In this document: positions 1 through 9,484 of the stretch, one piece after another
Layout of the letters: each line of letters opens with the position of its first letter
How positions within the stretch are numbered: position 1 is the first letter of the stretch
From: a virus
Taxonomy: Duplodnaviria; Caudoviricetes
IMG/VR virus record: IMGVR_UViG_3300022752_000032
Coordinates: 39,450 to 103,449 of that record
Length of the DNA stretch: 64,000 nt
Direction: 5' to 3' (one strand)
Notes under the pieces: generated by a model
What the model was told of the DNA's origin: nothing
Databases searched by the model: none
The model's input: only the letters and a program-made list of their open reading frames with translations
Program-made: the position numbers and the translations under genes

Positions 1-635
1 TCGTTTGTTCTTTCCACATACATACGCCTTACTTTATAAGGAGGCTGTAGTGGGTCTGGATTTGCCATTTGCTCTACTGTCAACGCACCAAGAATGTCGT
101 AAAAATATGGTGCTTGAATTGCTAGTTGACCTTGTAGATATGGACGGTGTCTTCCATCCTGGCTTGTTCTTGACATAGCAGTAAGTACAACTGCTTCAAG
201 AGGATTTGTAGCATGCATAGTTAGATCGCGAAGATCACGAAGAAGCCCACCCATGTGACGAAGAAGTTCGCCCCACTGTTGCATCTTCATTTGTTCTGTA
301 CCTGCGATGCTATCCATACATTTAACTTGTAGTTCAGAGATTGAATCAATAATCAAACTCTTGAAATGATGCTTTCCAAGTTGTAACCACTGATAAACCT
401 TGATAACAGTGTCATAGTCACGAACTGTAACTACAACAGTGTCCCAAGTTCCATCAGCGATTGGTGGTTCCTCGCGAAGAGGATCCCAATACTTAACAAC
501 GATAGGTAGGAATCGGTGCCCACCCTCGACGTCAAGCATGAGTCGTGGGTATGGAGCAGTTACAGCAAAAGTAGATTTACCTACCTTGCTTTCTCCGTAC
601 ACCATAACCGTAAGAGAGCGTTGGATCTCACTCAT
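1..635 (-). CDS. AAA_24/Sak4-like ATPase (3' end truncated by window edge)
   Basis: Not in ORF track; manual translation from ATG 635 gives MSEIQRSLTVMVYGESKVGKSTFA...SLIIDSISE (Walker A GESKVGKS, Walker B IIDS), open to the window edge; adjacent to exonuclease. Confidence 0.85.
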   Translation of the reverse strand, partial: MSEIQRSLTVMVYGESKVGKSTFAVTAPYPRLMLDVEGGHRFLPIVVKYWDPLREEPPIADGTWDTVVVTVRDYDTVIKVYQWLQLGKHHFKSLIIDSISELQVKCMDSIAGTEQMKMQQWGELLRHMGGLLRDLRDLTMHATNPLEAVVLTAMSRTSQDGRHRPYLQGQLAIQAPYFYDILGALTVEQMANPDPLQPPYKVRRMYVERTN

Positions 636-638
636 ACG

Positions 639-1565
639 TCACTCGCCTCCTTTTTTCTCTGTGTCGTAATATGCATAAGGATCAGTCTCCTCATACATTT
701 CACTAAGTGCTTGTTCAGCGGCGCTTCCGTCGTCAAACATTGGGCAGATAGCAAAAAATTGGCATTTCCATTTACAGTCACGACTTGGTTTTGGATAAGC
801 ATTAAAGGCATGACTCTCGCCAGCATCTAACGCTTGTCTTACTCTCATTAAATCTGTGATTGTTCCGTGAATTCTATTCCAGAAGGAACGTAAAGTAAAT
901 ATGTTATGGCGAATTTCTACTTGATCATAGAACGGAGGTTTAGCAGCCGCAGTTCTACGAACTTTTTTAAGAAGAGTAAATATTCCGCCTTCACTTCTTT
1001 CTTTTTCATCTGTTTTAGTAGACTCTAAAAGCATGTATGTCATAACCTGCTCATTCATGTGAGCCATATTTGCAAACTCAGATAGAGAGCCTCCTACAGT
1101 TTTAAAATCTCTAAACATTCTTACGCCATCGGCTTTACGACGAACACGCATATCAAGTTTTCCTTGAAGTTCTACTTCCCCATTAAACAGTGGAGCAATA
1201 ATTGTTTCTTCAGTTGAAATCATCTCAAGCTCTGCATCAATACCATTTTCTTCTACCCATTGCTCATAGCCCTCGAGCATGATGCGACCTAACTCTCCTT
1301 CTGTTTCAAGGTTAGACACATCTCTAAAATCTTGTAGTAAAAGTTGTTTATCTTGTTCAATTAATTCAGAGTGTGCAGTTAGTAGAGGAACACCTTTTGC
1401 GTAGTGAGCATCTAAAGCGGCGTGAATTCTACTTCCCATAGCAAGTGGACCAGTCATATCTTGATGCTTAGGTTTTAATGAACGGTAGTAAGTTAGCCAC
1501 CAACGACGGCGACAATCTTTAAATGTCTGTATTTCCGAGTTAGATAGTCTTATGACTCCACTCAT
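639..1565 (-). CDS. PD-(D/E)XK Cas4/RecB-like exonuclease
   Basis: N-terminal SxSxxxxFxxCRRRW, GKLD...DFKT catalytic motif, C-terminal CKWKCQFFAIC cluster. Confidence 0.85.
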   Translation of the reverse strand: MSGVIRLSNSEIQTFKDCRRRWWLTYYRSLKPKHQDMTGPLAMGSRIHAALDAHYAKGVPLLTAHSELIEQDKQLLLQDFRDVSNLETEGELGRIMLEGYEQWVEENGIDAELEMISTEETIIAPLFNGEVELQGKLDMRVRRKADGVRMFRDFKTVGGSLSEFANMAHMNEQVMTYMLLESTKTDEKERSEGGIFTLLKKVRRTAAAKPPFYDQVEIRHNIFTLRSFWNRIHGTITDLMRVRQALDAGESHAFNAYPKPSRDCKWKCQFFAICPMFDDGSAAEQALSEMYEETDPYAYYDTEKKGGE

Positions 1566-3361
1566 AGGTTTCCTGTCTTATCATCTTGTAGTAGTTTTAG
1601 AAGTTGATCTTTATCTTTAACAATTTGTTCAAAGTTATCGGCTTTAGTTTCTAAAACTTGGATAACTCTCTCTTCTATAGTTCCTTCCGTAACATAGTCG
1701 GTAATTACTATAGAGTCATGTATTTCACTTCCAATTCTGTGTACGCGATCTAATACTTGCTTATAATCAACTAAAGACCAAGGTCTTTGAAGCATTATCA
1801 GACGACGAGCAGCGGTCAGTGTGATTCCAACTCCTCCCGCTTGGGCTGTAAACAGAATCCATTTTATTGCTCCAGACTGAAAATCGTCAATAGCCTTCTG
1901 ACGTTCATCCTCATCTTGATCTCCTGTAATTAATCCGTGAGAAATTTTTTTCTTTGTTAACTCAGCGCTCAGCAGATTAATAAGTTGTTTAGAGACGGCG
2001 CTTACCGCTACAGAGTCATCTCCAAAGTCTCCGTTTTCAATATCATCCATCAGAGCATCAATTTTGCATGAAGGAGCATCTAATACTGCTCTAGGCTCAC
2101 CAGTAACTTCATTGGTGGCAATAGTTGCATAAGAACTAGCAAATTGAAGAAGTCTAATTGTTTGAGTTAGAACGCTAGGTGCTGCGAGAGTATCGCCAGA
2201 CTCAAGTTCAGAGATCATTAAGTCTCTCATCTGCTCATAAGCTTTTTTCTGCTTAGTAGACATCTCTACATCTCTGCGCTCTTTTAGAACTGGAGGCAGG
2301 TTTGGTAGTACAACCTTTTTAAGCATGCGTCTCATGTATGGATTTACGCTTTTATAAAACTCATCCTGCATCTGAGGCTTAACTCCTAGAACCATCATTC
2401 CACCAAAAGCATTAAGCATTACATCAACCATTCGATCAATCCATTTTGTCTTGCTAGGCCAGTCCTTTGGAGAGATCCAGTGAAGTATTGACCAAAGATC
2501 TACAACATTGTTAGCAATAGGTGTTCCAGTTAATGCAAAGCGAATCTCAGAAGTGCCAGAGGCAGACCAAAGAGCACGAGACTGTTTTGACTTGGGGTCT
2601 TTACTTCTATGAATCTCATCTGCAACTACTGCTTTAAATTTAAAGTTGTTTAACTCTCTTAAATGTACTTCGCAACGATTCTCGCTAATCTTTTCATCTT
2701 GACCACCACAAGCACGGCATCTTGTTAAAGAGATAGATCCGTAAGGAGAAAGTCTTGAGTGAGAACGGAGTGACTCCCAGTTAATAATAAAAATTTGCGC
2801 TGGTTGTTCAAATTGTTTTTTGCGTTGAACAGCAGATCCTTTAATAACTTGTGTACTTACATCTGGCCACCATCTAGCAAACTCTCTTGCCCAGTTATTC
2901 TTTAAAGTGTTAGGGCAAACAATAAGGATAGGGAAAACCTCTTCTCCTTTATCGTTTAACTCTTTTAAAGCTCTAATAGCCTGAGCAGTCTTACCTAAGC
3001 CAGGTTCATCGGCTAGAAGGGCTCTTTTAGCGGTTGCTAGGAAGGCAACTCCTGCTCTTTGATGAGGGAATAGCACCTCATCGCCTTCATAGGTCTCTAA
3101 CTCTCTTAAAGCGTTAGCAGGGGCAATTCTTGTCTCTAACTGATTAGCTGCCCAAGCGCCTAAAGTAGGTTTTATCTCTAAATCACTGCGGAAAGTGGAG
3201 CGTAAGGCTAAACAGGTTGTCCAACTTAGGGGGACTCTCCAAACCTGCTCAGAAGCGCTCCAGGAGGCTCCTGGGAGGCTTTTACAGAGTTCTTTGTAGC
3301 GCCAGTCAGCACTTATAAGGATATGTTCGCCTTGGGCATCTATATCTACAGATACTGCCAC
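1562..3361 (-). CDS. SNF2-family helicase
   Basis: LADEPGLGKT, VVADEIH, LTGTP, AGGVGITLT, QVLDRVHRIG motifs. Confidence 0.92.
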   Translation of the reverse strand: MAVSVDIDAQGEHILISADWRYKELCKSLPGASWSASEQVWRVPLSWTTCLALRSTFRSDLEIKPTLGAWAANQLETRIAPANALRELETYEGDEVLFPHQRAGVAFLATAKRALLADEPGLGKTAQAIRALKELNDKGEEVFPILIVCPNTLKNNWAREFARWWPDVSTQVIKGSAVQRKKQFEQPAQIFIINWESLRSHSRLSPYGSISLTRCRACGGQDEKISENRCEVHLRELNNFKFKAVVADEIHRSKDPKSKQSRALWSASGTSEIRFALTGTPIANNVVDLWSILHWISPKDWPSKTKWIDRMVDVMLNAFGGMMVLGVKPQMQDEFYKSVNPYMRRMLKKVVLPNLPPVLKERRDVEMSTKQKKAYEQMRDLMISELESGDTLAAPSVLTQTIRLLQFASSYATIATNEVTGEPRAVLDAPSCKIDALMDDIENGDFGDDSVAVSAVSKQLINLLSAELTKKKISHGLITGDQDEDERQKAIDDFQSGAIKWILFTAQAGGVGITLTAARRLIMLQRPWSLVDYKQVLDRVHRIGSEIHDSIVITDYVTEGTIEERVIQVLETKADNFEQIVKDKDQLLKLLQDDKTGNL

Positions 3362-3422
3362 TTTTACTCCCTACCTATATATGGACTGAAATAGTTTTTA
3401 AATTATTTTTTTCTGTCCATAC

Positions 3423-3902
3423 CTATTTTAACAGAACTAATGGCTTCCAACCGATCTTAACCAACTTTAAAAGGGCGTGTCGTATGGCGTCATTTGCATG
3501 GCCTTCTCCGCCTTTATGCCAAGTGCCTAACTTCTTTAAAGCATCATTAGGAAACATAGTTTTGGCATCAACAGGGGATTGAAAAATAATTTTTTCAGGG
3601 TCATATTCTTTAGTTCGACACATATGCTTTAAAACCCCTATCTGTTCAAGGCTAAATGGCGCTTGTGAGTTTCTCACTGTCTGAGCAGTAATAACAAATC
3701 GCTCACAAACCACCAAAACATTATCGTAGGACGCAGCCGAGGAAAAAGCAATAGACATAGCCGTGTCTATCCAAGAAGCAAAAGTTTCTGGATCAACTTC
3801 TGCTGACATCTTTACTACTGGAGCCTCTTCTGGCAAGCCAGACCATTCAACTAAACAAACTCCTGTTGCTTTACCAGGATCTACAGAAACTATATATTTC
3901 AT
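3423..3902 (-). CDS. RuvC-like Holliday junction resolvase
   Basis: Start reassigned to ATG 3902 overlapping polymerase TGA; IVSVDPGKATG, VVCERF, HANDAIRH acidic RNase H-fold motifs. Confidence 0.75.
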   Translation of the reverse strand: MKYIVSVDPGKATGVCLVEWSGLPEEAPVVKMSAEVDPETFASWIDTAMSIAFSSAASYDNVLVVCERFVITAQTVRNSQAPFSLEQIGVLKHMCRTKEYDPEKIIFQSPVDAKTMFPNDALKKLGTWHKGGEGHANDAIRHALLKLVKIGWKPLVLLK

Positions 3903-5722
3903 CAGTACTTTTGTCCCCAGTTCTCTAATGGACCATCTATTCCAGCAGTTAGTGGAACATCCCAACCTTCAGTGGTTGTCATACACTCCTGAACTACTTT
4001 TTTTACTTCCTCTGCTTCATCCCTAGGTGCTTGTAAAACAATTTCATCATGTACAGGGACGATAAGGTACTCGGTCAAGTCTGCTTGATCAAGTTTTATT
4101 AGATTACTTTTAAATATTTCTGCAGCCCCGCCTTGGATTAAGTAATTAATTAGCGTGTAGACACGTCCTTCATCGCAAGGAATCTTACGACCAGTCCAAG
4201 TGTAAATGTAACCCTGACCTTCATCCCTCTCCCTACGAGCACCAAGATTTTCAATATCTCTTTGAAACTTAATCATTCCTGGATAACGCTTATCAAAAGC
4301 ATCTGATACAGATTTCATCTGAGACTCTAGAACTCCAGCAGTAAGTGCTTGTTTAGCAACACCAGCGCCATAGAGACGACCATAAACCATTCCCTTAATT
4401 AGGTTACGTCTTTTATCTGCACGAGTCATCTTTGGTTCTTGATAAACCTCTCGACCAATTTCAGTAAAGGGATCTGAGCCAGTTGCATCAGCGCGATTAA
4501 AAAGATTAATTAAATTAGGATCTTTAGATAAAGAAGCAAACATACGAAACTCAACTTGGTCAAGGTCTGAGGTAATAATTACGTGATCTTTATCTTTAGG
4601 TATAAATGCTCTGCGAACAGTGTCATCTCCTTTTGGCAGGGTTTGTAGCGCTGGATCGGTGATAGACATGCGAGATGTACGAGCACCTAAGGTCTTTACA
4701 GAAGGGTGAACAATGCCATCAATGGACTTATTTAAAAAGTTAAGGAAGTAGGTGTTTGCCAGTTTATCTGCTTTACGTTGTTTTAAAATTGTCTCAGCAA
4801 GGTTTTTAACCTCATCATTGCCATGAATTGTTAGTAGGTGAAGTTGATCTTTACTTGCAGACTTTTGACCAGAAGGGGTGGTTTCAGTTATCTCTGCGCC
4901 AAGTTTTTCAAATAACCTAACTAGTTGAATATTACTAGTTATGCTAGTTCCAGCATAGGTTTTAGCAGCCCAATCTTTTACCGACTCTGTGTAATCAATA
5001 AGTTCTTCGTACTTACGTTTTGAATACTCTAAATCAACTCTTGCCCCGTTTATCTCCATACGGGTAACTATTTTTCTAGCAGCCATCTCGATCTCATAGG
5101 CTTTGTGATAAGGCTGATTAGGGCCGCACTTCTCGTAAAACTTTTCCCAAAGACGCATTGTTAAAATAGTATCGAGTGCTCCGTAAGACCAATAAGGCTC
5201 AAAGTTTGTAGGAACAGTTCCCCAAGTCCAACCATTTTTTGCTAGGTCAACATCTAACTTATCTTGAAGGTGCGCAGCATGGCCATCTACAAGTCTTGCT
5301 GATAAAGGCTTTAACCCGCCAGGACCTAGAGGATCAATAAGATGAGCCATAATCATTGTGTCATGTGCTCGATGCCAAGGCATTTCCCAATTAGATTTAA
5401 TTGCAAACCATCTTGCTTCAAATGCAATGTTGTGGCACACAATAGGTCCATCAAATTTATTCATTGCTTCATAAAAAACTCCAGACCATTCTGCCCAAGG
5501 AATAGACCAGCCATGCATACCATCACCAACTTGAACCAAACGAAGGTCACCATGCCAAGGAGATAAAGCATGATCTCTAGGTGAACCTAATTTTTCTCCA
5601 GTCTCGGTGTCGATTGCAATTGCATCATGAGGACGTCGCTGGCCCAACCAAAAAATAAATTCATTTGCCTTTTCTACAGAATCAACAAGGCTTACTTGAA
5701 TTCCATCTAATCCGTTTGTCAT
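3902..5722 (-). CDS. polA: Family A DNA polymerase with 3'-5' exonuclease domain
   Basis: Exo motifs DTET, HNIAFE, YGALD; polymerase motifs SDLDQVEFR, KGMVYGRLYG, QGGAAE, VHDEIV. Confidence 0.95.
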   Translation of the reverse strand: MTNGLDGIQVSLVDSVEKANEFIFWLGQRRPHDAIAIDTETGEKLGSPRDHALSPWHGDLRLVQVGDGMHGWSIPWAEWSGVFYEAMNKFDGPIVCHNIAFEARWFAIKSNWEMPWHRAHDTMIMAHLIDPLGPGGLKPLSARLVDGHAAHLQDKLDVDLAKNGWTWGTVPTNFEPYWSYGALDTILTMRLWEKFYEKCGPNQPYHKAYEIEMAARKIVTRMEINGARVDLEYSKRKYEELIDYTESVKDWAAKTYAGTSITSNIQLVRLFEKLGAEITETTPSGQKSASKDQLHLLTIHGNDEVKNLAETILKQRKADKLANTYFLNFLNKSIDGIVHPSVKTLGARTSRMSITDPALQTLPKGDDTVRRAFIPKDKDHVIITSDLDQVEFRMFASLSKDPNLINLFNRADATGSDPFTEIGREVYQEPKMTRADKRRNLIKGMVYGRLYGAGVAKQALTAGVLESQMKSVSDAFDKRYPGMIKFQRDIENLGARRERDEGQGYIYTWTGRKIPCDEGRVYTLINYLIQGGAAEIFKSNLIKLDQADLTEYLIVPVHDEIVLQAPRDEAEEVKKVVQECMTTTEGWDVPLTAGIDGPLENWGQKY

Positions 5723-5759
5723 TTATCCTTCTGTCGTTTTGATTTAGTTTAGTTCTTTT

Positions 5760-6230
5760 TTATGGAATTGTCTCTACTCTATAGATAAGATCTATATTCT
5801 CGTCATTCTTAGCGGCAATGTCTAGAAGTTTCTGAGCAACATAGGTGAGGTATCTTGCCCCATTCTCGTTATATTTGTAAAGTGCGTCTAATACTGGCTG
5901 AGGATTATCACTTACCTGAGCCCAGTAGCGATACTTTTCTGGAAAAATAATAGGTAAAGATCTATTAGGGGAGCACTCTTCACAAGGAATGGCGTCATCT
6001 TCAAGGTTTTCGGTGAACTCGTCAACTAAATTATATCGATCTACCTTTTCACAGGTTGCGCCGTGATAAATTAAAGAAACTCCGATACGAGAAAGTACAT
6101 AAGAACCGTTTTCAGTTTTATAAAGAGCAAACTCAATCCAGCGAACAGATCCCTTACGCCATGAAGAAGATTTACTCAGTAGTGTTCCATTAAACTGTAA
6201 AGTTCTAGAACTATCTTTTACCTCAAACAT
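5760..6230 (-). CDS. Hypothetical protein (C...CxxC)
   Basis: 156-aa ORF in operon orientation, coupled to upstream stop (TAATG). Confidence 0.7.
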   Translation of the reverse strand: MFEVKDSSRTLQFNGTLLSKSSSWRKGSVRWIEFALYKTENGSYVLSRIGVSLIYHGATCEKVDRYNLVDEFTENLEDDAIPCEECSPNRSLPIIFPEKYRYWAQVSDNPQPVLDALYKYNENGARYLTYVAQKLLDIAAKNDENIDLIYRVETIP

Positions 6231-6394
6231 TATGTTTCTTTAGTTTCAGTTTCAGTAATCTTTGCTATCTCCATAAGTTGAGTTAGGTCAGCACGAAGGG
6301 AGGCAATCTGTCCTTCATAGTTTGCAGTAATTTCACCAATACGTTGTTGAAGGGCAATAATCATTAATTCGTTTTTTGTCTTTGGAGTATCCAT
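6230..6394 (-). CDS. Small coiled-coil protein (54 aa)
   Basis: Manual ORF MDTPKTKNELMIIALQQRIGEITANYEGQIASLRADL...; fills the gap exactly. Confidence 0.7.
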   Translation of the reverse strand: MDTPKTKNELMIIALQQRIGEITANYEGQIASLRADLTQLMEIAKITETETKET

Positions 6395-6403
6395 GTAGAT
6401 ATA

Positions 6404-6646
6404 TTACTCTGCCTGAATAGAGCTGTACTGAGCCTCAAGCGCTGTAATCTGAGCAATTGCTCTTGTTATAATTTTGTTTGCACTTGCTATCACGCTCTCT
6501 TCGGGCTCCTCTAAAGCATTCTGCTCTAAAATGCTTAACTCAGCGCTAAATTTGTCAATTTCTATATCGCGTATACGGGCCTCAACAAGGTTTAACTTAT
6601 CTTCTTTGCTTACAGTGGCTACTAATTGTTGCGATGTTTCCGTCAT
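6404..6646 (-). CDS. Small helical tail-region protein
   Basis: 80-aa ORF; shares NALEEP and QYS motifs with the upstream neighbour. Confidence 0.7.
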   Translation of the reverse strand: MTETSQQLVATVSKEDKLNLVEARIRDIEIDKFSAELSILEQNALEEPEESVIASANKIITRAIAQITALEAQYSSIQAE

Positions 6647-6658
6647 TTTATCTTTACC

Positions 6659-6871
6659 CTATCCGTTTAATAATGAATACTGATTCATTAATGCTGCTTT
6701 TTTCTGTTCTTCTTTGCTTAGTTGAGTATTTAGGTTAGTTATTAGTTCTTGATCTGGTTCTTCTAAAGCATTTGCAGATATTATTGATATATTTATATTG
6801 TAAATAGATGTATTTATGCCTTTAATGTGTTGCGACACAATTGCCTTTTTTTCATTATTACTTAGTTCCAT
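6659..6871 (-). CDS. Small helical tail-region protein
   Basis: Start reassigned to MELSNNEKK (ATG 6871) behind GGAGG; paralogous to 6404..6646. Confidence 0.7.
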   Translation of the reverse strand: MELSNNEKKAIVSQHIKGINTSIYNINISIISANALEEPDQELITNLNTQLSKEEQKKAALMNQYSLLNG

Positions 6872-7175
6872 TTTGTCCTCCGTATATGTCATTTCCATTA
6901 TCATCTATAACATCTTCTACCTGTTGGATTGCTCCCCATTTTCCAATCGGGCAACTCGCATGCGGTAACTTGGCTTTTTCTGTCATAAAACAACCACATT
7001 TTTTACAGGTGTTTGTTAATTTAATTAACGAAGGGCAATTTAGGCAGTTATCTTTAAACCTATAATTAAAAGTTTCTTCATCTACTCTGCCTATATTTGG
7101 ATTTAACAAGTCCCATGGTCTAACAGAATCCCCAGATTGTTTTTCTTTCCAAAGTTGCCAAGCAGTCTTAGACAT
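6858..7175 (-). CDS. Cys-rich small protein (CxxC-x-CxxCGC-x-CPxxKW)
   Basis: CLNC...CKKCGCFM...ASCPIGKW; follows the tail fibre. Confidence 0.75.
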   Translation of the reverse strand: MSKTAWQLWKEKQSGDSVRPWDLLNPNIGRVDEETFNYRFKDNCLNCPSLIKLTNTCKKCGCFMTEKAKLPHASCPIGKWGAIQQVEDVIDDNGNDIYGGQNGTK

Positions 7176-7178
7176 TAA

Positions 7179-7430
7179 CTACCCCTGCGCTACTTGTGGC
7201 TCTGGAGCAGAAAATTGCTGTGTTTCGGAGTTGTATGCGCTTCCTATTCCTACTATTCCACCGTTTCCAGCCAAATTGTCACTAACATCTACTATTATTG
7301 GATTGCTTGTAAAAATTGCTGACAATCTTTCATCGGTGTGTAGTATGTCTACAACTTCTCCATCCAAAATAAAGGCTAATTTAATTGGCGGTAGCACTGG
7401 TTGCTGTTCTTGTTGCACTTCTTCTGACAT
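7179..7430 (-). CDS. Tail-fibre-associated acidic protein (possible chaperone)
   Basis: 83 aa, GGAGG RBS, directly downstream of fibre gene. Confidence 0.65.
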   Translation of the reverse strand: MSEEVQQEQQPVLPPIKLAFILDGEVVDILHTDERLSAIFTSNPIIVDVSDNLAGNGGIVGIGSAYNSETQQFSAPEPQVAQG

Positions 7431-7482
7431 TATTCCTCCTTGTTTTTATTGATTGTATTATACATAGTTTTCCTATTTTTGT

Positions 7483-9483
7483 TTAATATATACTTAAATT
7501 ATCATAGAGTGTTCCTACATTGTTTGGGCTGTACGCTTTAACTACCCCCGCTGAGGTTTCTCCATTTGCATTTTGTTTAGTAGGGCTAGATACTGTTTTT
7601 CCTACTGTTTGTCCAATAACACCTCCTCCAGAATCATATGCTGTAGCCGTTACAGTGTTTCCACTTGTAGAAGCTGTTATGTTGTAAATACCTGTCCATC
7701 GAGTATTATCAAATGAGCCTGCTACTAAATTAGAGGCCACCTGTCCTGATGAATAAGGTGCGTCCCAAGACTGAACTGCTACTGTTCCAGAAATTGCTGA
7801 AAACAATTTTATTTTGCTGTTGTAAGAATATGCACTAACTGTCGCAAGTTCATTGATATTGTAAGTGTAACTGTATTGTGTGCCTCTAACTTGGTAATTT
7901 GAAGTATATGTTGTTACATCTTCATATGCGTAAACAGGGTAAGTATATGCTTGTTGCCTAATAGAATAGCTCTGTGTATAAGTTGTTACGCTACTATAAT
8001 TTGGATTACATGCACCGCATCGATCTCCACTATTAGGTCCAGTATCTGGGCAACCCACTGTTGTTGCCGATCCAGTACAAGTATTAGATACAGTTGTTGT
8101 TCGACACCTCCATCTTGTAGCACTACCTGAGCAACCAGTAGATACAATTGAAAGAGTTCCTCCTGGACAGGATGGTGCCACTGGATCAAAGTTTCTGCAT
8201 AATCCAAAAGTATCCACTGTGCTAGAAGAACTTTGCCTAATAGAATATGTATATCCAGTTAAAGTGTTAACTGTCGAGGAAGTTTCCGTACAAGCTCCGC
8301 ATCTATCTCCGACATTTGGTCCAGTATCTGGGCAAGTTCTACCTGAGTTAGAACCTGAACCAGTACATGTTGTAGTAGAGGTACAACTTCCGCATCTGGC
8401 GCCTACGGTTGATCCTGTACTTGGACAGGATGAGCCAGAAGACGATCCTGAACATGTTAAAAGTTGTGTTGTTGAAGAAGTATTGGAATTAGTGCAATTG
8501 CAATAATCTCCAGCCAGTGATCCTAAATTATTTGTACAACAATTAAAGCCACTGCAGGTATATGTAACTCCATTTTGTCCGCATGGATAAGTTATTGTTG
8601 CTGCTGGACAAGAACTGCATCTTTGTCCTGTTAGACTTCCAAAAGTAACGCCACTACAACAATTTAAACCAGTGCAAGTCTCTGTACCAGTACATGATAC
8701 TTGGGTTGTGGTAGTTGAGTCATAATCATAATAGGATGTAACGGCATACCAAGAGTTTGCAGATGTAGTCCAAAAAGCAACTCCTTGCCCTCCCTTTCCA
8801 TCTGGTAAGTCGATTGAATAGTTTTTGTTCGGACCACCTGTTTCAATTGTTTGAAGTGGATGGCTACTTGCCACAGCACCAGAAGAGACTGCAGTTGAGT
8901 TCACTGCACGAGCCCCGTTTGTTGACCAAGAGCCCGTTGAGTTGCTGTAAGAACTATAAATATATCCACTACTTGAAGTTCCTAAACCACCTGAAGTTGT
9001 TCTATTAAAATTATCTGTTATGTCGCCAATGTACGCTGACAATGGAGTACTGTAAAAATAGTATGTTGTTCCGTTTAACCCGACTACCGCATCCCTTGTA
9101 TAAAAAACATAACTTGGTGTACTAGCATCTAGTTGGGTAACTGTATATGTTGAAGTTAAAACTGTACTAACGGTATCTGTTGTTGAAGCATCTGACACTG
9201 TATCTGTTGCTAAGGCTTTAACTAGCGAGTGTGTTTTTGAGGAAAAACTTGTATAGGACCCAGCCGTGCCTCTAGTAATTGATGTAAAAGCTTTTCCAGT
9301 TCCACCAGGAATGGAAGGAGCAGAGGTTTGTGGTGGCACTGATACAGCTGAAAAAAACAAGTTCCAAGCCCCAGATATATTTATATACGCACTTTGCATG
9401 CTTTGCCAAGAAGAGCCTATTTTCATAGCAATTGCGCTTATTGAATTACTCCAACTACTTGCAATCTTTACTCTAAAATCCAT
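7483..9483 (-). CDS. Tail fibre / receptor-binding protein with Cys-rich insert
   Basis: S/T/G-rich 666 aa, last large tail gene; DNFNR-initiated beta-sandwich-like domain interrupted by 28 Cys. Confidence 0.7.
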   Translation of the reverse strand: MDFRVKIASSWSNSISAIAMKIGSSWQSMQSAYINISGAWNLFFSAVSVPPQTSAPSIPGGTGKAFTSITRGTAGSYTSFSSKTHSLVKALATDTVSDASTTDTVSTVLTSTYTVTQLDASTPSYVFYTRDAVVGLNGTTYYFYSTPLSAYIGDITDNFNRTTSGGLGTSSSGYIYSSYSNSTGSWSTNGARAVNSTAVSSGAVASSHPLQTIETGGPNKNYSIDLPDGKGGQGVAFWTTSANSWYAVTSYYDYDSTTTTQVSCTGTETCTGLNCCSGVTFGSLTGQRCSSCPAATITYPCGQNGVTYTCSGFNCCTNNLGSLAGDYCNCTNSNTSSTTQLLTCSGSSSGSSCPSTGSTVGARCGSCTSTTTCTGSGSNSGRTCPDTGPNVGDRCGACTETSSTVNTLTGYTYSIRQSSSSTVDTFGLCRNFDPVAPSCPGGTLSIVSTGCSGSATRWRCRTTTVSNTCTGSATTVGCPDTGPNSGDRCGACNPNYSSVTTYTQSYSIRQQAYTYPVYAYEDVTTYTSNYQVRGTQYSYTYNINELATVSAYSYNSKIKLFSAISGTVAVQSWDAPYSSGQVASNLVAGSFDNTRWTGIYNITASTSGNTVTATAYDSGGGVIGQTVGKTVSSPTKQNANGETSAGVVKAYSPNNVGTLYDNLSIY

Positions 9484-9484
9484 A

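Noticed and set aside
639-1565. Cas4-like nuclease as evidence of a CRISPR-Cas system
   Set aside because: No cas1/cas2 or repeat-spacer array; it sits in a recombination operon, as is common for phage exonucleases.
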